Source: the human T2T-CHM13v2.0 reference genome, Homo sapiens. Taken from it: a DNA stretch of 64,000 nucleotides. A program made the position numbers and the translations under genes. The stretch lies in the NCBI RefSeq assembly GCF_009914755.1, contig NC_060939.1. One strand, 5' to 3'. The notes under the pieces are model-generated. The model was given only the letters and a program-made list of their open reading frames with translations, was not told the DNA's origin and did not search any database. Below are positions 55,480 to 64,000 of the stretch, piece after piece. The stretch's first letter is position 1. The number at the start of each line of letters is the position of its first letter.

Positions 55480-58400
55480 CTCTGTGCTTTTCTGTTGGTG
55501 AATTCACTGTTTGAAATGGCCCCAAGTGCAGTGCTGAAACACTGTCTAGTGTCAAACAGCATGAGAAAGCAGAGACCTGCCTTAAGGAGAAAACACACGG
55601 GTAAGACAAGCTTGGTTCCAGCAACGAGCACTAGTGCTGTCCGCTGTGAGTCTAAAGTGAATGAACCAATGATCTATGTTAAATAAGCTGTCTTTAAACC
55701 CATACACATAAAGCTCGGTCTATATGGACAGGCTGGCAAAAATGTGACCGGAGGCTCACAGGAACTTAACCCTGTATCTCTCCTAGGAATAACGCTTCAG
55801 TGTTCGTGGTGACTTTGTGGAACAGTACCACAAATAGGGAGAATCAACTGTATTCAAATTCCAAATCCTAATTTTAGAAATAAGTAGCCTTTACAATTTG
55901 GGGAAAAGAAGTTTGCTTCAAAACTAAGCCAGGAAGGGAAAGGGTTGCAAGAACATAACCAGCTGGTTAAGTTTGCTCGCAGCTACAAGGGGTAGCAGCA
56001 GGCAGGAAAAGTGTTGTGGGTCCACTGTGGTTACCCCCAGGGCGGGACTGCACAGCACCCCACAGATCTTCTGAGGACACCCAGGCATGCTCTGTATAAC
56101 AACAGCCCAAGAGGAGAAACCAGAAGTAAGGGCCTCCTGTGGTACCCAGGTATACACAGAGGTCAGATGCCCTGGAGGGAGAGGCTGGGTAAGGTGAGGA
56201 GGGGATGGGAGGGTGGCAGACACCTGCATAGTTCTGAGACAGCCCAAAGAAAACGAGGGCTCTTGGCTTCCTAAAAAGACGTCACATCAGGCTGTGTGCT
56301 TGAGCACAGTAGAGCTGGGTTGACCTGTGTCTGATCCGCACGGCACTCCACCAGGCCGCTGGGCTCCTGGCCTCACCAGCTTGCCCAGCTGACCTGCCGC
56401 AGATGAGACGCCAGCAGCTGGCGTCTGGCCAAGGCCGGAGGAAGCTCTGGGCAGCCAGGGTCAGGTACTTTATCATCCCTGGAGGTGGTGCGCCCAGCTA
56501 GCTCCTGGCACAGAGGTCACAGAGGTGAGGTCTTCTAACGGGTGGGCAGGTCGCTCTCATTGGCTCAGTACCGCCTGAGCTCCTACCTAGGGGGGCAAGG
56601 TGGACTCTGGAGACAAGCAGCCTGCGGGAGCAGCTCAGCCCCACAGCACCCCACCTCTGGGCCTAAGTTCCTAACTCCTTTCTGCCTCCATTTCTTCCTC
56701 CATAAAATGAGGATAAAGATAGAACTCCAACCTCACATGTTTATTGGGGATTTTTATATAAAGTGCTTAGAGCAATGCCTGGCACACAGTAAGTGCCTTT
56801 ATAATCACAATCCATTATCTCTCATCCACAGCCATATGTCTTCATAAATAGAGTTGTTTTAAAATGACCGCCATACGCAGTCTAGTTTCACGAAATTCCA
56901 GAAAAGCAGGTGATATGCGGCTAATCCAGAGTTAATTCCTGAACATCTATAAAAAGATTATCTGCTCTACAGATAAGCCTTGATAGTCAAAGCAACACAT
57001 TGGCTTTTGGGTCTGAAGTGTCTTGTGTGGGTTGTGGGTGTGTGAAGAGTTCATTAAAAGACAGGCCAAGCTAAACTGTAAGCTCTGTCTGGACAGTAAC
57101 CTTCCAAACCAGCAGAAACTAAAGACGTGCAGGTAAGTTATCGCTTTGTGTTGGTTTAAAAGACCCTGTTGTTGTGAGTGTCCCCAGCACTGAGGTGGGA
57201 GTCATGCATATCATACACTGTTTCCCAGAAGCCTGGATTTTCAAAGCAGCGACAGAAGCACTGGCTAGAAAAATCAAGAGTCAAATAGAATATTTAATAG
57301 CTGGGCCTCTATTTCATTCGTTGGAATAATACTAAGCTTAATTTTCTTTTTCATTTGAAGAAAAGATATAAAAATATCAACTTTATCTTTCTATTTAATA
57401 CACACAGATTTTAAAATCATTTTGCACAGGCAGATGCCCCTGGTCATGATCCTATGTACCTTCGTTTAATTGACAAAGGTTCTAAACAGATGGAAACCAT
57501 TTGTGCCCAGGAGTAGGTCGACGTGCCTCTGGTCTACGGTCTGACGATCACAACAGAGGCCCAGGCACAGCTGGCACTTTCATCCAGTGCTATCCTGGAG
57601 GACTCTAGCAAGTCACTCTCTTTTGCTAACAGCAGCTGCCATTCAGTTTAAGTGATTTCCTCTCGCCTCTGCATTTAGCTTTAGCATTTCCTGAAAGCCT
57701 ATGATGGGCCCTACCCCGTGTGGGCTCCTGGAGAGGTGGCTCAGACATCAATACCTCAGTTCTGGGGCTCAGACTGCTCTAGGGCAGGGTAAACACCAGG
57801 CAGTAAAGAGACTGCCCAGCACGATCCCGTGGTGCCTTGGAGCAGGGGGCCTGGCTCCTTGATTCTCACCCAGGCCCAGCCCTACCTGAGGTCCCCTCTT
57901 CCCTGATGTTCTCTACCCTTCCAGGGACTTCTTCTTATCTTTCGGGTGGATCCATACACAGACAGGCTCAAACCCCCCAGTCCCCAGATGTGCAGTGTCC
58001 AGGTGAGAAATGCCAACGTATCACTTGGGGTCCCCTCTTGGCTAGTCCTTTTCACACCATGGATGGCCTTTTTTCAAATGACGGAGCTGCCTCCTGAAGG
58101 GGACTGCGTCTGGTGGGTCTGGCATCACCGCCCCAGCTCCTTCCTCTGCAGCCCGCATTGTGCTGTGCTGGTGGCCTTTCCGCGCCTTTGGGCCCGAGCA
58201 TGACTCGGGCAGGCGGGGCTGTGATGCCAGCCACTGGGGCAGCGTTGGAGACAGCAGCTCCGCAGGGGGACACCATGGGTGACGGGGCACCAGCTCTGTG
58301 AAGTCATTCGGGGCCCTGGATGCAATGCTAGTTTGGGAGCACAGGCTGGGTGCACAGGAGGGACATGCAGAAGGGGTAGCCCATTTGACTCTTCCTGTCA

Positions 58401-60251
58401 GTCACCGCCATGAGGACAGTCTCCCTGAACCATGGCCATATTCCAGCCCACGGCTGGGGGTAGACAGAGGTTTCCTGCCCCTGCCCGTGACCAGAGGGGT
58501 GGACGTATGAACACCCCAGCCCCTCTCCCTCAGGACCATGTGTGACGTCACCATAGACCTGACAGGTGTGGACACATGCCCCAGCTAGAGGACTCCCGTG
58601 CTTAACATCCAGTGAACACAGCTGTCTGACCTTTGGTCACAGCAGGGTAGCATCCTCTCCTGTTCAAGAGAAAAGACAGTCACCATATCCCACGCAGTGC
58701 ACACGGATGCACACGAGAGGGGTGTATAAAGAGGCATACACACACTCTGTCTTCCCTCTTGCTCTGCTCTTCACCATGGGAAGCAGCTTAGGGCAGGTTC
58801 AGGACATTCAGGAAGTCCTAGGATTCCACCATGAGAGGAAGAAATCAGAATGAGGCCAAGAGAGTAGACAGCTGGACCCACAAACGTGCACGGAGAGGGG
58901 GCAGTTAGAAGAAGACGGGAAAATGGCTGTGTGGGAACGCTTCCTTTTCATTTTCGGCCACGTGATCCTAGCAGCTGGGAACCCCGATGGGGAAAACTCG
59001 CATAGCTGTGGGGATACTCGCGGCTCAGGTGCAGATGACCCCGACCTGCAGGCAGGCTCAGTGGCAGAGCTGGCTGGAGCTCCCTGCCAGGAGGGGAGAC
59101 CCACAGGTGGACGTGAGGCATGGAACTCTGCTTGGTAACACCCCTCTCTCTGGAGGCCCGTATGTCCTCTGCAACAACCACGTTACAGAGTTAAGCAAGT
59201 GATCTGATAAGCAAGTGGTGTGAGACGGTAGGCTGGCTGAATATCCCAGAAAGAGTCTGAAACTGCTAAAGGTAAAGATGACTTTTCTTTAGAAACAGAA
59301 GTCTGATTCTTCTCCTCTTGGAGTTTGGAGGGTCCTTACTTTCCTCAAAGGACAGGAACAATGTTACACTGTATGTGACGGCGGGCTCCCTCAACCTGTG
59401 CTGTCTAGACTCCGTGTGCTTTCACTTAAAAAACAAAATAAAATAAAAATAAAAACAACCACTCGCCACCTAGGCACCACTCTGCCATCTTAAAACGATT
59501 TCTGGCAGGAGAAGAATGCTTCATTCAGGAGCCGCCCTGACGGGGACACGAGCGGAGGCGCCGGGGCAGAGGGCAGCCCCCAGGTCAGGAACCAGACCCA
59601 GGAGCCCACCTCCCTCACCTAGCCTCTGAGGGTCCAGGCTGCAGGCGTTTTCCAGCAAAGACAGAGAAGGCAAAACCTCCTTTATCTCAGAGACTCTCCC
59701 ACGTTGTTTCAAATTTGACAGTCTAAGGCTCCTCAGAGAAACCGACGCCTTAAGAAGTCAAGACTGAGGCTTGTCAGGTGTCTGGCCGACCTGTCGGGGC
59801 CTGCAGTGACCACTCAGCGGTCAGTGTGCAATTAGCCACGGGAGAAAAAGGTGATTTTTCAAAAGATCCTTCTGTGGCTATTCATCCAGCTGCTCAGCCA
59901 ACACACACTCTCTGCACTCCTACCATATGCGAGCCCTCCACCAGACACATTTTTCTCAACTATTTGTGGCAAGAGTGTATTACAAGAGTAGAGGCATATT
60001 CAAGGAAGAGCATCTAAAGAGAGTGACCTGTATTTGTTGATAAAGAAATATATCACTTTCAGTCATCACACTGTTTCTTTTTCAAACACGTTTTCCAAAG
60101 GGAACAAGTAGTTATGGGAAAAACACACTCCGTTCTGTATCAGATACAAGGCCCAGAGAAACACCGTTCTCCTTAAAAACAGCTGCGATGGCAGAATTGG
60201 AATAATCTGATTTCCTCTCCTAGTGGGCTAGGGTTCTTGCTTTCTGATTTA

Positions 60252-60595
<344 letters not shown>

Positions 60596-61300
60596 TGAAC
60601 AAATATAACAGATTTAGAAACACTTACTCCAAAGAGCAGTTCCGGGTGTGCCCTGCTCACGGGAGAGAGATGAAGCCAGGGCCCTTCTGCTCGAGCCTTG
60701 TTAAAAAAATCCCAGCGCTTAAGCCTTAAGAAGGTTGTACGGAGCCAGATAAAAGCCACACAAAGCTGCTATGCTCTGTGAATAATAAGCAGTACCCCAC
60801 AACCTGCAACAGAGAAGAGGCTGACCCAGCTGCTCCTGCTCAGGCCTGGTGGATTCACACTGCAGACTCCCAGGGCCAGTTAGGCTGGGCTGGGGCTACA
60901 GCTCCAATCTCTAGCCGGTGGTGACAGAAAGGACACCTGCAGCTACTCCCCATTTCACTTTCTGGGAGGAGCAGATTCCTGACTTGGGCTGACATGCTAA
61001 ACACGGGTAAGAATTTCCAATACTAGGCTGAGTGGTTCAGGCTGAGGAACTGATCCCCTATCATGGAGCAATCTGCTACAAAAGGGGAAGAGGCCTCAAA
61101 ACAGTGGTGGCTTAAGAAGTGATTCCTTTCCCAGCTGTACAATCCACAAGAGAAAACGCAGACGTGTGCAGGCATGCATCGTGCACACGCACATGTGCAC
61201 AGAATGCATGTGTGAACACCTCCCCCAGCCACACCTTACAACAGAGTCAGCTCCAAACCCACGTGCCTGAGAAGTCACCGATGCCACAGCAGAGCCTTAC

Positions 61301-61418
61301 CTGGGTCTCTTGTCCGAGGCGGCCACACACATGTGCTGCGATGGCACTGCTGTCCACTTCTTTGCCTCCACAACGAGAGCTTCTGCGTCCACCAAACCAA
61401 ATCCATAGAAATGGCTAA
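61301..61418 (-). CDS. PCSK6: PCSK6 coding exon (~exon 11): (V)SHFYGFGLVDAEALVVEAKKWTAVPSQHMCVAASDKRP(R)
   Basis: ttttcag acceptor, CAG|gtaagg donor; 118 nt; SHxYGFGLxDA convertase motif. Confidence 0.97.
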
Positions 61419-62335
61419 CTGAAAAGACAGGCCCTTCAGAGCCAGGCTCTCCTGCCTCTCCCAGGAAGGGAGCAAGGCTGGCTCTTGCATCTGCCGGGCC
61501 CCATGGAGGACAGAGGGACCGTAAGACTCGAGGTCTCCTGGGGGCCCCAGGCTGCAGGACGGGTCCCCCTGAGGGCTGCTCAAAGGTCCCAGCTGCCTCA
61601 CTCTCTCTGAACCCAACTCCTTCTGCTAAATTTAGGAGTGTGGGTCAGGAAACACGTCCCGCTTTGGTACAGAGTAGAAGTGCTGAGAAGGTCTAGGAGT
61701 TTCTTTTTTTGAGACAAAGACAGGTTCCTTTACATTAAAAGGGCTTGTCAGCATCTATGCTCCCTGAATCTAAGACCAGACAAGAGAAACAAAATCTGAG
61801 ACCTCTCAGTTCACACAATTACCACGTGCCCGAAATGCAATAACACAAGGCTGTACTCATCTTTTTTGCCATTTTCTTTCCCTGCTGAGTTCCCAGAGCA
61901 TTCCGGGAAAACAGCACAGCACAGAGACAGGCTTGCGAACTGGCCCGGTCCAGTATTTAATTTGGCCAGGGCAGGAGACTTTCAAAGTTTAATTTAAGAG
62001 GCAAGGTCAAGAACTGCATACAATCTATTCTCCTATTTAATTAGGCCAGAATTAAAATGTGGGTCAGCTCTTGTTACAGTACACCACTACCACCGACATT
62101 CCTGCAAAACAAAGATGAACTAGCCCAATCGATGGCCTCCTTATTAAAAGGAATGTCCCTCGGCACTTAGGGTAACTATGCTTGACCTATATTTTACAGA
62201 TAGTAGTATCAGACTTAGTGTCAAATTAGTTAGACCTGAGCTTCAGAAAAGGTTAAAAAAAAATTCCTCCCTAACATAAATACTACGGCCAAATGAAATA
62301 TTTTTCAGTATACCTGATAAGAAGTCAGGCAAACA

Positions 62336-62710
<375 letters not shown>

Positions 62711-63115
62711 CTAACGAAGCCCTGACCCTGGGTTGATTTCATGGTACCTAGGTCTGTACCAGGCTGGGCTGAGGGTAGAGGCCCCACTGTCCTATGATTT
62801 ACTTTTATAACACAGGGACTGGCCAAAAGAAGTTTTACAGTTAGAAAGTAACTTACAAAACTATCTCAATGTCCTCATTGTACAGATGAGGAAACTGAAG
62901 GCAAGTTTCAAAATCACAGAGCTACTCAGGGCTAAGGATGCAAGCTGCCCTCAGGTGGCACACAAACAACATTTATTTTAATAATTATGGATTTGTTTTA
63001 ATGCACATTAGAAAAAATACGTAACTACATATCAAACCTATGATTAACTAGATGTAGTACAGTTTCCTTTTAAAATACATTTTTTTATGTCAAAAAAAAG
63101 TAGTGGGGGAAGTAA

Positions 63116-63242
63116 TTTTTTTTTTAAGAGATGGAGTCCTGCTGTGTTGTCCAGGCTAGACTCAAATTCCTGGGCTCAAGCAATCCTCCTGCCTCAACTT
63201 CCCTAGTAGCTGCGACTATAGGCACACGTCATTGCTCCTGGC
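63116..63242 (-). mobile_element. Alu monomer (FLAM-like)
   Basis: Single antisense arm. Confidence 0.8.
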
Positions 63243-63480
63243 TTAAAGAGAACTATGAGTAAATATTGGTATAGGTGGTGTCTCGGTGTGGCCAAAGTTA
63301 TAGAGTATAGGAGACCCCAGACTCTTGTGACCTGAGGGTTCTTCCGTAATGTCACTGTGAGCTTCCGGGATACTTTTCTTAAATAGCTGCACATGCGTTT
63401 TAAATTCTTGTGACACACAATTAATAATAACAACTAATGCTATTTGGAGAGTCCTTTTAAGGAATTCATGACACCCCTTC

Positions 63481-63530
63481 CTACACATTCCAGGGCCACC
63501 CAATGGTCCACCAGAACGCCACTGCCGCAC
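63481..63530 (-). CDS. PCSK6: Intron read-through extension giving GAAVAFWWTIGWPWNV-stop (PACE4B/PACE4.1-type C-terminus)
   Basis: Frame continues past the weak GTGCGG donor to TAG at 63483-63481; peptide matches my recollection of the PACE4B end. Confidence 0.8.
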
Positions 63531-63634
63531 CTTTATGACCCGCGCCGTTCACTTTCCAGTCGCTCGCTTTCAGGTGGGCCGGCCGGGATGTCTTCACTAG
63601 CAGGTGCTGGACGTCCCTCCAGGTTAACTGGCTG
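63531..63634 (-). CDS. PCSK6: PCSK6/PACE4 coding exon (~exon 10), end of subtilisin-like catalytic domain: (N)SQLTWRDVQHLLVKTSRPAHLKASDWKVNGAGHK(V)
   Basis: ttgcag acceptor and AAG|gtgcgg donor; 104 nt; LTWRDVQH motif is typical of kexin/furin convertases; phase fits next exon. Confidence 0.96.
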
Positions 63635-64000
63635 CTGCAATGACACAACACACCCTAGAGTCCACACAGCTCAACAACGGCAGCCACACAGGCCACTCAG
63701 AGGCAGGGGGTCGGCAGCCAACCCACGTCTGAACTTCAGCAAGCCCCTCAGGCTAAGGACTGCATTCCTTGGCAAGGGTTTATTTCACCACCTCTTTGTA
63801 AACAAGTTTCCGGCAACTAAATCCTGAGGGAAAAAAAGGTTCAATGGGTGACCCAAAATTCATAAGCATTAAAGCCTAGCCTTGCTGCCAAGCTCTGCCT
63901 GAGTTTGCCCAGAGCCATATGGGAAATTCTGAAAATACAAGACACTTAACATAATAGTAAATGTTTATTAAATACTTGGGGTTATTCTTCATCCTAAGCA

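Noticed and set aside
58543-58550. Isolated TGACGTCA CRE
   Set aside because: A single 8-mer in 64 kb is expected by chance and has no supporting context

Overview
Human (primate) genomic DNA covering the middle of PCSK6 (PACE4, a subtilisin/kexin-like proprotein convertase) on the minus strand. Nine main-isoform coding exons (roughly exons 10-18) can be read with GT-AG boundaries and matching phases. They encode the end of the catalytic domain, the P domain (RRGDL) and the first Cys-rich furin-like repeats. The rest is intron, rich in Alu, L1, L2, MIR and DNA-transposon relics, with two minisatellites. The most interesting structure is the 34-kb intron (11352-45419) at the phase-1 junction PEKQG|KLKEW. 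It holds transposon-derived alternative terminal exons that match, from memory, the PACE4C/CS/D ends. It also holds a candidate internal first exon (strong-Kozak ATG GGC AGA G|gtaagt) in frame with the downstream Cys-rich half, next to a 33-bp ETS-motif VNTR and an apparently spliced antisense transcript. A ~170-bp local duplication inserted into an Alu brackets the P-domain exon. There is no prokaryotic system, CRISPR array, rRNA or tRNA. Repeat family names and isoform names are from recall, not from a search.
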